Part shown: positions 1 through 18,199 of the stretch, piece by piece
Numbering within the stretch: position 1 is the stretch's first letter
Layout: each line of letters starts with the position of its first letter
Assembly (NCBI RefSeq): GCF_009914755.1
Contig: NC_060947.1
Source: the human T2T-CHM13v2.0 reference genome, Homo sapiens
Strand: one strand, 5' to 3'
Length of the DNA stretch: 64,000 nucleotides
Notes under the pieces: generated by a model
What the model was told of the DNA's origin: nothing
Seen by the model: only the letters and a program-made list of their open reading frames with translations
The model's database searches: none
Program-made: the position numbers and the translations under genes

Positions 1-434
1 CATTCCTGCCTGCCAGTGGATCTCCAAGCATAGCACTCGAGCTCTGCTAAGGGACAGACTGCCTCTTCAAGTGGGTCCCTGACTCCTGTGCCTCCTGACT
101 GGGAGACAACTCCCAGCAGGGGTCAACAGAAACCTCATACAGAAGAGCTCCGGCTGGCATCTGGTGGGTGCCCCCTGGGACAAAGTTTCCAGAGGAAGGA
201 ACAGGCAGCAATCCTTGCTGTTCTGCACCCTTCGCTGGTGATACCCAGGCAAATAGTGTCTGGAGTGGACTTCCAGCAAACACCAGCAGACCTGCAGCAG
301 AGGGGCCTGACTATTAGAAGGAAAACTAACAAACAGAGAGGAATAGCATCAACATCAACAAAAAGGACGTCCACACAAAAACCCCATCCGAAAGTCACCA
401 ACATCAAAGACTAAAGGTAGATAAATCCACAAAG

Positions 435-1437
435 ATGAGGAAAAACCAGCACAAAAAGGCTGAAAATTCCAAAAACCAGAACGCCTCTTCTCCTCCAAAG
501 GATCAAAACTCCTCGCCAGCAAGGGAGCAAAACTGGATGGATAATGAGTTTGAACAGAAGTAGGATTCAGAAGGTGGGTAATAACAAACTCCTCCGAGCT
601 AAAGAAGCATGTTCTAACTCAATGCAAGGAAGCTAAGAACTTTGAAAAAAGGTTAGAGGAATTGCTAACTAGAATAACCAGTTTAGAGGAAAACATAAAT
701 GACCTGATGGAGCTGAAAAACAAAGCACAAGAACTTCATGAAGCATTCACAAGTATCGATAGCCAAATCGATGAAGCAGAAGAAAGGATATCAGAGATTG
801 AAGGTCAACTTAATGAAATAAAGTGTAAAGACAAGATCAAAGAAAAATGAATGAAAAGAAATGAACAAAGCCCCCAAGAAATATGGGACTATGTGAAAAG
901 ACCAAATCTACATTTGATTGGTGTACCTGAAAGTGATGGGGAGAATAAAACCAAGTTGGAAAGCACTCTTCAGGATATTAAGCAGGAGAACTTCGCCAAC
1001 CTAGCAAGACAGGCCAACATTCAAATTCAGGAAATACAGAGAACACCACAAAGATACTACTTGATAAGAGCAACCCCAAGACACAAGGTTGAAATGAAGG
1101 AAAACATGTTAAGGGCAACCAGAGAGAAAGGTCATGTTATCCACAAAGGGAAGCCCATCAGACTAACAGAGGATCTCTCTGCAGAAACCCTACAAGCCAG
1201 AAGATAGTAGGGGGCCAATATTCAACATTCTTAAAGAAAAGAATTTTCAACCCAGAATTTCATATCCAGCCAAACTAAGCTTCATAGGTGAAGGAAAAAT
1301 AAAATCCTTTACAGACAAGCAAATGCTGAGAGATTTTTGTCACCACCAGGCCTGCCTTACAAGAGCTCCTGAAGGAAGCACTAAATATGGAAAGGAACAA
1401 CTGGTACCAGCCACTGCAAAAACATACCAAATTGTAA
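435..1437 (+). pseudogene. L1 ORF1p (RNA-binding/chaperone), disrupted
   Basis: ATG at 435 (aaagATGaggaaaaac); fragments 662-850 and 851-1207 match ORF1p; premature stops and deletions; terminal TAA 1435-1437. Confidence 0.9.
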
Positions 1438-1500
1438 AGACCATCGACACTATGAAGAAACTGCATCAACTAATAGGCAAAATAATCAACTAGTATCATA

Positions 1501-5225
<3,725 letters not shown>

Positions 5226-5444
5226 ACAATGAGAACACATGGACCCAAGGAGGGGAACATCACACACCGGGGCCTGTCAGGGGCTGGGGGGCTAGGGGAG
5301 GGATAGCATTAGGAGAAATACCTAATGTAGATGATGGGTTGATGGGTGCAGCAACCACCATGACACTTGTATACCATACCTATGTAACAAACCTGCACAT
5401 TCTGCACATGTATCCCCAAACTTAAAGTATAATAATAATAAAAA

Positions 5445-5982
5445 AAGAAAATGGAGTCCATATACCCAGTGGAGTACTGTTCTGCCATAAAAAAGAATGA
5501 GATCCAGTCATTTGCAACAACGTGTGTGGAACTGGAGGTCATTATGTTAAGTGAAATAAGCCAGCTACAGAAAGGCAAGCTTCACATGTTGTCACTTATT
5601 TGTGCAAGCTAAAAATTAAAACAAATGAACTCATAGATATAAGAGTAGAATGATGATTACCAGAGGCTGGAAAGGGTGGTGGGGTGATGGTACGGGGGAA
5701 GTGGAGATGGTTAATGGCTACAAAAAATAGAATGAGTAAGATCTAGTATTTGATAGCACAGCAGGGTGACTGTAGTCAATAATAATGTAATTGTACATTT
5801 AAAAATAACTGAATGAATATAATTGTTTGTGACACAGAGCATAAATGCTTGAGGGAGATGGCCACTCCATGTACCCTGATGTGATCATTACACATTGTAT
5901 GCCTGTATCAAAATATCTTCTACACCTCATAAATATATGGACCCACTATGTACCCACAAAAATTTAAAATTTAATAATAAAT
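5445..5982 (+). mobile_element. Older L1MA (L1MA2/3-like) 3' end; host into which the L1PA7 inserted
   Basis: Right after the L1PA tail the sequence resumes in an L1MA 3' end (aagaaaatg...ccataaaaaagaatgagatccagtcatttgcaacaac...tgtacccacaaaaatttaaaa). Confidence 0.8.
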
Positions 5983-7043
5983 AGGAAGTGTATATCTACA
6001 TACTAGCAATGAACACTTGGACACCAAAAAAAACACAGGTGTCAATCTAAGAAAACATATATTGAATTTTATATGCTGTAAACTATAAAATGCTAATGAA
6101 AGAGGTCAAAGTAGTTACTTATAAATGGAAAGATATACTCTATTCATGGACAGACAGGAAGACTCAGAATTGATAGAGATGTCAGTACTCCCCAAATGGA
6201 TTTAAAAAACAAAAAAGAATTTTTTTCAATACTCCATACTGAACACATAACCTCCCTCACCTTAATGGAATCGCTATAAATGATTTTTTAAAAAATATAA
6301 ATTAATAAATGCATGATCAAGCGTAAAAACAAAAAGGGAAAGCTTGGCAAACTAGAAACTCTGAGAAAGTTCTGAAAGATGGAAAACTCAGGCAATTTTA
6401 TTGAAAAAGGAAACAATACATCCGAATGCTTGGAATTGAGGCCTATATCAAAAGGGGAGAACAACACTAAGAGCTTTTTATTTTCAGATGTCTTTGATAC
6501 CTGGAGCAGAAAGGAGTTGGTACTGGCAGGGCAGTTAGTGAGGTCCAACAGCAAGAATAGTCAGTGTTATGCCTGCATATTTCTCACCCCCATGAACTGG
6601 GCCACACATTAGTAAGGGGAAGTATCTGTCAGTCTCTTGGCAGGATTAATGAGAATGGTAGCTTGAATAAAAGAATAAAATGGTGCCCCTGAGAGGAACA
6701 GGGAAACCAATCACGGAAGAAAAGCTGCTGAGGCTGAGTACCTGGCAGTTCACCTATCCATCCTCCAGTCTTACTTAAAATGCATTGAAAATACTATCCA
6801 GTGCTTGTCAAGAGATTTTGATTACAAAGTTGAGTATACAAGCCCAAATTTCTGCAAATGGAATAAAAGCCAATTATGAATGGGAGATAACAAACCCAGT
6901 AAATGAAAGAATTTATACCCAAGAAAACATAATTAAAAGAGCAAATAGGACAAGGTTTTAAAACTTAATTTGTGTCCTTAGAGAGTAAAAAAGGACTTGT
7001 ACCTATGAAGAGAAAGAATGTTACCAAAAAGAAACAAACTGCA

Positions 7044-7360
<317 letters not shown>

Positions 7361-9217
7361 TTAAAAGTAATGATTATTAAAAAATCTCCACAGAAGAGCT
7401 GCATAGCAGATCTAGATATTCATAAGTATTCATACATATTTCTAGAAGGAGGCATTAGAGATAATGGAAATATGATTCAATATGTGAGGATTTTCCTATG
7501 GTAAATAAAGAATGGTCTACAGATTAAACGGCCCAACCAACTACTGAGCCAAAAAAAAAAAATTTGAATGATACTTTTCCCACCCTTGCAAATACACACG
7601 TGCACACATACATACATGTTTAGACATGACATAATGAATTTTCAGGACATCACTATTAAGGAGAAAAGCCTAGAAGATTGAGTGGGTATAAAATACATAA
7701 AAAAAACAAAAATTATCTTGATAATTAGAATATGCATCAGAAACTATGAATTCAAGATAGCTGAGCAGTATCTTCAAAGTTCAAAGAAAAGTCAATTTGA
7801 CAGTAGAAATTTTCATCAAGTTAAAATATCAATCACATGTGACAACAATATTAATATTGTGACTCAGGAGTGCTACTGACAATGAATCCATTCTGAAACA
7901 ATAAAAAATGTATTCTGGCAAGAAGAAAAATTAATACAGGAAGAGATAGTGGGGTCCAAGAAGCAATGCTAAGCAGGGCAATTACTAAGAATTCTTCAGT
8001 CAAAATAAGCATTAATTACAAGTTTCAAAAGTATAGTTCTTGCATCAAAGGACAGAGAGAGAAGATAAACCTGAACATTTTACTTTGTTAGGGGAAGGAT
8101 ATGTATACTTGTTTATTTTAGTTCAGAGTAGGGCAAATAAAATGTAAACCATCTAAAAATTCAGAAAGAAAGGAGGAGCTATATTTTTTAAAAAGCAAAA
8201 ATTAAGACATAAGACATATAATAGATCGAAATAATTAGTATTGGAAATAAATGTATCTATAAAATAAAATCCAGATAAATAAACACATGAATAAATTATG
8301 TCAAGCAAATGCCACAAAATGAAAGGATTTGAAAAATGCTATAAAAACAAAAGGGTTCTGTTCAGTCAATGGCAGTATCACTTGTATACAACTACTAATC
8401 CCATAGATAACAATGAAAAACTGGAAATATATATTTTAAAAAGTATTTCGAAGGCATGTAAAATTTTTAAAAAGTAGGAAGAAAGTAGACAGAAATTTAC
8501 CCTTGAAAGGCAAATACTGCATTTGGTTACATTTGCATTTATAAGACTTTTTGCCTGAGGGCAGTCCTCAGTCTGTCCATTATTAGGCTGCTAAAACTCA
8601 AGCAGAAAAACCACAATCTCATCTGCTTGAGGAGTTTAAGGATGGAGTTTTGTACTACTTGACCAGTGGGAAACTGGGAGGGCTTATCCTAAAGAAGAAA
8701 GCCACAGAAGAGAGAGATGAAATCTGCATATAAGCTCTGTCCAAATACTGCATGTAAGTGAGATTCCAGGATTCCTAGGAACAGGCAATATCTGAGAGAT
8801 TCAGCTGCAGCTCATTGACAGAAAGTGTTTTGAATTTGAGTCCAGCCCGCTAGAATAAAAATGATCACTTTTCAAAGAAGGTGATATGATCCAGAATCTC
8901 TATAACATTTTTTCCTAAATTTGGTGAAATGTTTAAACCCATGCATCTAAGCTCAATGAACCCTAGAAAGAATAAATACAAAGAAAACCACACCCAGGCA
9001 TATTATAGCCAAACTGCTGAAAACCAAAGATTAAAAAAAAAAGAGAATGTGGAAGACAGCCAGACAGAAAAGACACATTTAACACATTACAATAATTCAA
9101 GTAATGCCTGATCTCTCATTAGAAACATAGAAGACATAGAGTCGAAATCTTAAAGTGCTAAGAGAAGAAATAAATCAATGCAGAATTCTATTAAAAATCC
9201 ATGAAAAAAATGAACCC

Positions 9218-9245
9218 TTCCTCCCTCCCTCCCTCCCTCCCTCCC
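9218..9245. repeat. (CCCT)n microsatellite
   Basis: cctccctccctccctccctccctccc. Confidence 0.85.
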
Positions 9246-10085
9246 ACCAAAAGTCTTCTGCAAAGGTAGTGTTGGAAGCTTTAGGGATAAGAGGGGTAAT
9301 CATATGGAGGAGTAGTGCCAGCTCAGAATGAGGTATCAGACTCTGAGTAAGTTAAGAAGGGTATTTGGGTGTGGGCAGAAGTTTTGATGGTAAGATTGGT
9401 TATATACTAGGGAATTGATCCTTTAAGTAAATATATTGAAGATAATTGGAGCTAGGTTTCTCACTGGTGGATAAAGGAGGTATTAATTCATAGGGAGAAA
9501 TCTATAATGGACTTTATTGTAATGGATTGGAATTAAAGATATCAGTGTGAATTCAAATATGCATAATCAATAGAAATAATCCCACCTAGTGCCTAGATCT
9601 TGATTTTTAAATACCATTCTCCAGTAAAATGAACTAGGACTCCTTGGAAAAAAGAAAAAAAAAAAGCTTGATTCAAGGTCAGGAGCAGAAAATGCAAGTG
9701 TCCTCTAGCCTGAGACTGGTCTTTTCTTTAGTGAACTGACACCACACTAGGAAAGGAGCTTACCTGAGAATGCGTAACTTGCATTTCAGATGATATCACG
9801 ATTTAGAAAGCAAAATCTGGGTTCTTTCTGTTTGGGGCATTAAAAAAGTTGTTAATCAATCCTTTAACAATGTAAAAATGCACACTGACAACGCTTCCTG
9901 GCTCTCAAAAGGCCCCAAATATATTAGTACACAGTGTGCATATTTTCCACACACACACATTTTCACTTAATTATTATAAATATATGTTCAGATTCACCAT
10001 ACAACATTCCCTAGCCTACAAATATTATAGTCATGCTCTAAAAGAGCATTTCCTAAGCAGTTTGAAATTACAATGTACTAATATA

Positions 10086-10424
10086 CAGATGTCCCTCAGT
10101 ACCAGTGGAGGATTGGTTCCAGGACCCTCTCGGGATACCAAAATCCAAGGATGCTCAAGTCCCTTATATAAAATGGTATAGTATTTACATATAACCTACT
10201 CACATCCTCCATTATACTTTAAATAATCTTGAGATTACTTATAATACCTGATACAATGTAAATGCTATGCAAATAGTTATACTGTATTGTTTAGGGAATA
10301 ATGACAAGAAAAAGTCTATACATGTTGAGTCCAGATACAACCATGTTTTTTATTTCTGAATATTTTCATTTCATGGTTGGTTGTATCCACAGATGTAAAA
10401 CCCACATAGACAGAGGCCCAATAT
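10086..10424 (+). mobile_element. MER2 DNA transposon (TcMar-Tigger family, non-autonomous)
   Basis: TA-cagatgtccctcagta...ggattggttccaggacc...gataccaaaatccaaggatgctcaagtcccttatataaaatgg; degenerate terminal inverted repeat. Confidence 0.85.
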
Positions 10425-11399
10425 TTATTGATGACATCATTCTTCTCCCCTGAAAATGTCATATGACTTTATATGTTAAAACTCACATGATTTTGTTAGT
10501 TCTTTATTTCTTCTCAAGATAAATGGAGGCATCCTGTGGTACTACAAAGCCAGGGTGGAAAGCACAAAAGAAGTTGCAAAAACTAAATCCTAGGGTGTAT
10601 TCAGTTAGCAAGAAGAGAATAGAGTTGAACATTAAGCTTTGTCTTATCTCTTGGACATAGTGATAGGGTGGGAAGTACCAAACTCTCCCCAGGGGAGGCC
10701 CTTCTGATAGAGAAAACTAGAAACCTAAAGACCCAGATCTAAGCTAAATAAGAAGGAAGTGAACATGACCAGATATCATAGACAAGAATAGGGGATAGGG
10801 GAGAGGGTGGCTCAGGATATTTTACTAAATGATTTGCATGCCACCTTGGCTGGCCTTTATTAAATGAGTCCAGCAGTCCATATGGCATTTATTACTTCTG
10901 GGACATCTTGAAAGTTCCACGTGGCCTTTGAAACATAAGTTATTAGTCAATAATTGTATGCAGTGAGCTTGAACCATCTTTGGTACTGGAAAGTGCTGTT
11001 CTTGACCTTTGTTCCATAAATAAAGCAGGTTGATAAGAATAGAAGAAAAAAGTGGAAATGAAGAGACAGATGAGAGAGAAGTGGGAGAGAAATAAGGTAG
11101 AGTACTGAGTGGTGAGGCAGGAGAGAAGCGGTGAAGTAGAGGAGAGTAAGGGTGAGACAACAAAGGAATGGCTGACATAGAAAAGGGGGCTGGATCATGA
11201 AGGATATCTACATACTGGTTTTCCTCTCATTTCCCCTTAGAACAAGTTCCTGATGCACAAGTAGGTATTCCTTCAAGAAATGTGACGAGGGCTGACCAAA
11301 GAGGTGCCACGGTAGATACCTATATGGAGGTCAAGTAATACAAAGTCATATATCTTCCTCCTGCTGCCTTGGTGCTGATCCTAGCAATAGACAGAATCT

Positions 11400-11965
11400 C
11401 TGTCATTCACTGGATGTGTTATTTGGGCAAATCACTTCATCTCTGTGAATCTTAGTTTCTATATCTGTTTAAAATTTGAAAACAATAATGTTTGCTTGAC
11501 CTATTTCATTGTTTGGATGTGTTCCCCTCCAAAATTCTTGTTAGAATTTAATCCCCATTGTGGTGGTATTAAGAGGTGGGGTCTTTTGGGAAGTGATTAA
11601 GTCATGAGGGCTCCACCTTTGTGAATGGGAGTAACGCCCTTATAAAAGAGGTTTCAGAGAGGTGTCTGGCCCTTCCATTTTTTTCTGCCATGTGAAAATA
11701 TAGTGTTCATCCCGCCTCTGGAGGACGCTGCAGCAAGGTGTAATCTTGGAAGCCGAGAGTGAGTCTTCACCAAACACCACATCTGCGGATGCCCTGATCT
11801 TGGGAAGCCTTAACTGTGAGAAATAAATGTCTATTATTTATAAATGACCCAGTCTGTAGTATTTTGTTATAGCAGCATGAATGGAATGAGACAAATGGGT
11901 ACGCAAATAAATAAAATATGACAAAGCACTTGGCTACCTGTCAAGTTCTAGAAAACGAATTATTA
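11400..11965 (+). mobile_element. MIR split by an MST-type LTR
   Basis: MIR core (ttgggcaaatcacttcatctctgtgaatcttagtttct) before 11504; MIR 3' part (aaagcacttggc) after 11893. Confidence 0.6.
11504..11893 (+). mobile_element. ERVL-MaLR solo LTR (MSTC/MSTD-like)
   Basis: gtttggatgtgttcccctccaaaatt...gaggtggggtcttttgggaagtgattaagtcatgagggc...actgtgagaaataaatg...ttgttatagcagca...gaca. Confidence 0.85.
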
Positions 11966-12054
11966 GTTGATAATTGTAGGATGTTTTTGGGGGTAAGATT
12001 GACATGCTTCCCAAGAACTCAGGAAGAATGTGTCTCTGTGAACATTAGTAAGAT

Positions 12055-12095
12055 ACACACACACACACACACACACACAACACACACACACACAC
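12055..12095. repeat. (CA)n microsatellite, one interruption
   Basis: Direct reading. Confidence 0.95.
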
Positions 12096-12857
12096 GATGT
12101 GCAGGGATAAAGCTAGAGGTAAAACTGCATCTAAAATGTCAGATTGCAGACTTCCAACACACAGCTTCAACTACAGGGACCTGGGTGTACAAGGAGACTG
12201 AGTGGGAAAGTGAGTACAAATTAGGTAAAAGAAACCTAATCCACTGCCATTTAATCTGTTTGGAGAAAGGCTGTGAACATATGATTGTCATACTTGATCA
12301 TAGTGCTTCTCAGACATTTATAAAATGAAATAAAATATAAAATATCAGAGAGTATTGTATGTTGCAAGGGTGAGAAGTGTTTAGTGAAACTTACCTTTGG
12401 GTTGCATGAGAGAAAAGGTGATGTCTGTGCGTGTGTGCATGCACCCCTGCACTTTTATCTCTGTTTCAGCTGACTCTGTCATGGATCATAAAGTTTAGAC
12501 GGACCCCTTGTTCTGATTCCCCGCTAGCCTGAAAACTTTCTGCCAATATTTTGTTTTTGCATGAAGCTTCCCTGTGAGGAGAGAATGCCCTGATCTCCTG
12601 ATCTGCTGTAGCCAGTCCTCCGGTGGTATTTAACTTTATGTGTAAATTAGTCACAGTGGTACTTGCCTTTATGCATCAGTTTCAACGAACAGGGATGCTG
12701 TGAGTCTTCCTTTGAGATGGATCTACTTTCAGTGTAGAGAGTGAACATCTTATTTCTAAGCTGGGACTGGGGTGAATTCATCAACTGAAATGACACTGTG
12801 GGAAACCTTTTGGTGGCATACAGCCTTCCCTTGTGACCTCCAACCTTGGCCAGCACT

Positions 12858-12973
12858 TAGGGTGACCAATTGTCTCTAACAGGTCTAGGACTGAGAGGGG
12901 TTCCTGTGCCATGTGACAGTTAGTACTAAAACTGAGATAGTCTCAGGCAAACTACAATGGGTTGATCACCCTA
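12858..12973. mobile_element. Short hAT-type MITE (MER96-like)
   Basis: TIRs tagggtgaccaa ... ttgatcacccta; degenerate 8-bp TSD ccagcact (12850-12857) / ccagcccc (12974-12981). Confidence 0.7.
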
Positions 12974-13919
12974 CCAGCCCCTTTATATTTGAACTACAGC
13001 AGAAATTCTGGCACAGGTATCATGAAGAGGTAGTGATGTGAGGGGTAGGAGGAAAACTGAAACACTTATTGCCACAAATGGGCACAGAGAACAGAGGACT
13101 TAGCAGCCATCCAGGCAAAGGAGCAAGGTTCCCATGACCTACAAATCGCCAGCAAGATCCCCCACTTGAGATTAAATGCCTTCAGGGCCTTCAAGAGCTT
13201 CCCTTTCTCATTTTCCCAGCTATTCTGGAGCCTCTGACTATATGTCTGCCTAAGCACTGGTGCAAATAATTGGTTAACACAACCAACATACTGATAGCAA
13301 GCCTATATGAATTGAAGGTAAATTTCTCAGGTCAGTTTCATGAGCAAACTGCCGCCTTTAGTAGTCCCAAACTTCAAGCTCACCAGACATCTATTTTTGT
13401 AGTCATTATGAAAGGTTGCTGACATTTGGTTGCATATTCACATGTTGTGTCCTTTGGTTTGATTCCAGGGCTACCTTACCATTTTACTTGGAGGGTGCCA
13501 CCCTGTAGGGTGTAACTCATTGAGGCAATTTTTTTGGCCATGGGACAGGTACTCTACTAAGCGTCACAATATCTATGTTGTAGACCCCATTCTGTCTCTA
13601 ACGTGCTTTTTTATTTTTTTGGCTGTTGGTGGTGGCATACAAATAGGATGCTTACTCGTTCTAAGAAACCAAGTCAGAGGAAAATATCATTTTATAAACA
13701 GGTTTACACATATTTCAAGTCCAAATGTTGGAGCAATAGTTTGCTGCAAACATTTGCTGTTTTGCCATCATTTCTTTTTTTATTGAGAAAAATGCATACA
13801 GTTGGATAAGACTGAAAAACTTACACAACCTCATAACCACAATCTAATCAAGATATGGGATATTCTCATGAATGATTGTAAAGGTGACAATCAGGGTTTT
13901 TTTTTTTTTTTTGAACCAT

Positions 13920-14350
13920 GCCTTTTTTAAAAAAATTAAACTTTTAATTTTGAAATAATTACATATTCACATTTGGTTTCCAGAAATAATACAGAAAATT
14001 TCCACATACCCTCTATATATGTTTCTTCCATGAGTAATATTTTTCAAAACTGTAGTACAGTATCACAACTAGGATATTGATATCGGCGTAGTCAAGATAC
14101 AGAACATCTTGATTACCACAAAAGTTTATCTTGTTGCCCTTTTATAGAGACACCTACCTACCTCTCTCAAACCCTGGAACCACTAATCTGTTCTCTATTT
14201 CTATAATCATTTCAACAAAGTTGTTTAAATGAAATCATATGGTATGTAGCCTTTTGGGACTGGCTTTTTTCACTCAGCATAATTCCTTGGAAATCTGTTC
14301 ACATTGTTGTGGTGTCCGTTATTCCTTCTTTTTATTTCTCAGTAGCAGTC
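13920..14350 (-). mobile_element. Old L1 (L1MC/MB-like) 3' end
   Basis: aacttttaattttgaaataatt...cagtatcacaactaggatattga...accactaatctgttctctatttctataat...cactcagcataatt. Confidence 0.7.
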
Positions 14351-16289
14351 CATCTAACCAGCTTTTTTTATCTTAGGCCAGTCGCTCTTCTCCCCTTGAC
14401 TTTGATTTTCTCATCTGTAAAATGCAGAAGTTAGAGTGGATGACACTAAGATCTTTTTTATTGTAAAATTTTTATTTTACGGGCTCTCATCTCCTGTAAA
14501 GATTTTTTATAATTTTAAACCAAAATTTTTATAATTATAAAACACAACTTAATCTATTCTGTTATCCAATGTGCTCTCAGGCTAAATGCAGGAATAGCAA
14601 GCCTTGTAAGAGAGGAGGATAGGGCAGGACGTGAGAGGCTGGCCAGCATCAGGTGTGAGTTGAGCATCTGATTATGTTTTTCCTGGATTTTATATCTAGC
14701 AAATGACCATTGGGGCTAGCCATAGGTTTGAGTTATGGTGCCCTTTCCTTTCTCCCTTAGCATCAAAGTTAGCTTTATTGCCTGACTTGTATTACTTGAT
14801 TTTTGGCCTAGACTGAAAATCTGGTGGGCAACTACAAGGTTGAGGTCATAACAAAAGAAAGCCCTCAAAACAATCTAAATTGTTAGAATTATGCGACATT
14901 TGCCAGAAGCCATAAAAAAAAGTGTACAGCTTTGCAAATCATGCTCCAGTTTAACAATTATTCATTCTGTGTGGGGTTCTGGCTGGTGCCATGGTGGAGG
15001 CATGAGGAGTGAAATATAAGCCCTAATGGACTGCCATGAATAATGGAGATCCATATTTACATTTGAGAAAAAGTGAAGCAGCACTAGGTTAATAATAACT
15101 ATCTTTCCATCATCTCTGCCAGAAAAGTAGGGTCCTTCCCTACTATGCCTCCGAAACACTTATATATTCAGGGCAAATTGACTGCCTAATACCTCCTAGA
15201 GCCAGTCTCTGTACGTTCTCTCTGGAACAAGGTCAGCCCATATACAACTCTGAGACCTGAGCCTGCATCTTAAGTTGTTCAGATGACCAAAAGAACTGGG
15301 TTCTGATAATTCTGTATCATTAATTATTTGTGCTTTCACTCTTAGCTTTTCAACACATACTGTTTTTTCCCCAGTTGCCTAAGACACCATATGTCATTTA
15401 TTTTTCTTATGTCAATTTTCTCAGTTTTCAGATGAAAATATCTCAAGAGATTCCTGACTCTGGTTCTGCAACTCCCCAGGATGTCTCCAATTATCACAAG
15501 AGGTGTCACAACATTCTCCCAGACAAAATTCTAATTAATTCATTAATGAAAACAGGAGTTTTGGATATAGTAGGGCTAAAGGTGGGACTGAGTTGTCATA
15601 AAATCTACCAATGGGGAGCATTCGATTCCCAGAAGGTCAGGAGTTGCAGGGAATGTCTTTCCCCTAAAGCCATGACCCTCCTGTCTGCAGTGAATATGTG
15701 CCCTCTAAGAATGAGTGACAGCTATATAAGGAATAAGCTGCAAGAGATATTGAAGGAGTCCAACCAATTTGAAAATTCAACTAAACAGCTTAATTAGGGA
15801 CGAGTGAGCTTTTAAAAGTGAAACAGCTCTGTGTATTCAAGTGACTTGGGCACTGTTTGGAATTATCCGTAGAAACAATATTAGAAGTAACTATTGGTTT
15901 CTTAGGAGACCAAAAATCCTCAGAAAATGAACTAATGGTATTACTGTGAATTCCAGAAAGCAGATGGGGCAGAAGTCCATGGTCTGCAGAGATGAGGTAT
16001 GAGACAGGGAGATGTTCTTGTTTCAGAGCAGTGTTTAAAATGGTTGAAGCTTGTCTTTTGTGCTCTTTTATCTTTGCTTCCTTGTCTTTCTCTTTAGGTC
16101 TCTGTGTCTTAGTGAAACTCAGCCCATCTTCAGCAGCTTATTCAAATCTGTCATACCCCATCCCCCAAATGCTTCATGTTCTACCAGTTTGATAATATAT
16201 AAGAAAAAAAAATAAACCTTTCCCCATTGTTTTCTGGCTATCCTGCCAGTCTTTAAGATTATACATATTTTTAAAATTACTGTTGCTTT

Positions 16290-17410
16290 CATTTTCTTTT
16301 TCTTTAATTTCAACTTTTATTTCAGTTACAGGGGGTACATGTACAAGTTTGTTACATAGGAATATTGCATGATGCTGAGGTTTGGGGTGCAGATCCCATT
16401 ACTCAGATAGTGATCATAGTACCTGATAGGTAGTTTTTCAACCCATAGCTCCTTCCCTCCCTCCAGCCTCTAGTAGTCTGCAGTGTCTGTTGTTGTCAGG
16501 TTTGTGTCCATGTGTGCTCAATGTTTAGCTCTCACTTATCAGTCAAAACATGTGATATTTGGTTTTCTGTTCCTGTGTTAGTTTGCTTAGGATTATGGCC
16601 TCCAACTGCAACCATGTTGCTGCAAAGGACATGATTTCATTCTTTTTTATGGTTACATAGTATTCCATGGTGTATATTACCACATTTTCTTTATCCAATC
16701 TACCATTGATTGGCATCTGGGTTGATTCCATGTCTTTGCTATTGTGAATAGTGCAATGGTGAACATACAAGTACATGGATCTTTTTTGTAGAATGATTTA
16801 CTTTCCTTTGGGTATATATCCAGTAATTGGATTCGTAGGTCAAATGGTAGCTCTGTTTTAAGTTCTTTGAGAAATCTTTTGACTCCTTTCCACAGTGGCT
16901 GAACTAATTTAAATTTCCACCATCAGTGTATAAGCATTCCCTTTTCTCTGCAGCCTTGCCAGCATCTGTTGTTTTTAACTTTGATAATAGACATACTGAC
17001 TGGTGTGAGATGGTATCTCATTTTGATTTTGATTTGCATTTATCTAATGATTCTTGATATTGAGCATATCTTCATATGTTTGTTGGCCACGTGTATGTCT
17101 TCTTGTGAGAGGTGTCTGTTCATGTCATTGGCTCATTTTTCAATGGGGTTATTTATTTTTTGCTTATTAAGTTCCCTATAGATTCTGGATATTAGGCCTT
17201 TGTCAGATGCATAGTTTGCGAATATCTTCTCCTGTTCTGTAGGTTGTCTGTTTACTCTATTGATAGTTTCTTTTGCTGTGCAGAAGCTCTCTCGTTTAAT
17301 TAGGTCCCACTTGTCTATTTTTATTTTTGTTGCAATTGCTTTTGGGGACTTAGCCAAAAATTCCTTGCCAAGGCTGATGTCGAGAAGAGTATTTCCTAGG
17401 TTTCTCTTCC
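16290..17410 (-). mobile_element. 5'-truncated L1 (L1PA15/16-like)
   Basis: Minus-strand ORFs [21 protein letters not shown] and YTMEYY...LEAIILSKL; 3'UTR with T-rich tail at ~16290. Confidence 0.9.
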
Positions 17411-17414
17411 AAAA

Positions 17415-17640
17415 ATGTCTACTTGGTATGTGACTAACATCTCAAATTCTACTTGTACAAAACTGGATTCCAGATACTTTTCCCGATACCTTCTCTTACC
17501 TCATCTCAGATAATAGCAACTCAATTGTTTCAGTTTCTCAGACCAAGAATCTTGGTATTATTGTTGACTCTTCTTTGTCTCACATCTCACATTTCATTCT
17601 TCAGCAAATCTAACCACCCTGACCTACAAACTACTTGTAC
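17415..17640 (+). mobile_element. L2 fragment
   Basis: catctcaaa...cagtttctcagaccaagaatcttggtattattgttgactcttctttgtctcacatctcacatttcattcttcagcaaatc. Confidence 0.6.
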
Positions 17641-18199
17641 TTTGGAAGAACCATCAGCATTTCCTATTAGAAACTAAGAAAATAACAATTTAAAATGAAA
17701 AAAAAATAAATAAAAACAAAATAATGCAATGTGAGGGCACAACCCAGGACTCTGTAATAGTATTTTATTTGATGCCTTTATGAAATCCCCATTGGCAGAC
17801 ATAAAACTGTGAAAGGCCATTTCGTGCCTTCATTAATAAATGTTGCAATTATGTTCTAAAAATACAGTCATGTTTACCAATTAATTGTAGTAGACAAGTC
17901 ACAGGTTAGCATTCAGTAAGCAATATGTTGCTGATTAAAACCAGAACATTATTCACATATGGTGAAGTAAATCATCCTGTAGGTATTTATGGAGAAGAGC
18001 ATATTTTAACTCTTAATTTGTTAAATTTGGCATCAGTGATTTTTAGAAGTTTTCTTCCCATGGCTTAACTTATACAGTCTGAAACCATAACAAGCACGAA
18101 TTTACCAACACTGTATTTGATCTTAAATATTCCCCACTCACAGATTTCCCCCACTTCTCAAGCTTATACCTTTTGTTTTATTCTATATAAGGAGCACGG

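Noticed and set aside
47-407. Antisense ORFs in the L1 5'UTR as ORF0
   Set aside because: ORF0 is expected further upstream in the 5'UTR, outside the window; these are generic antisense frames.
12389-12399. Strong minus-strand donor AAG/GTAAGT
   Set aside because: Appears to lie in an old DNA-transposon remnant and I found no convincing paired acceptor.
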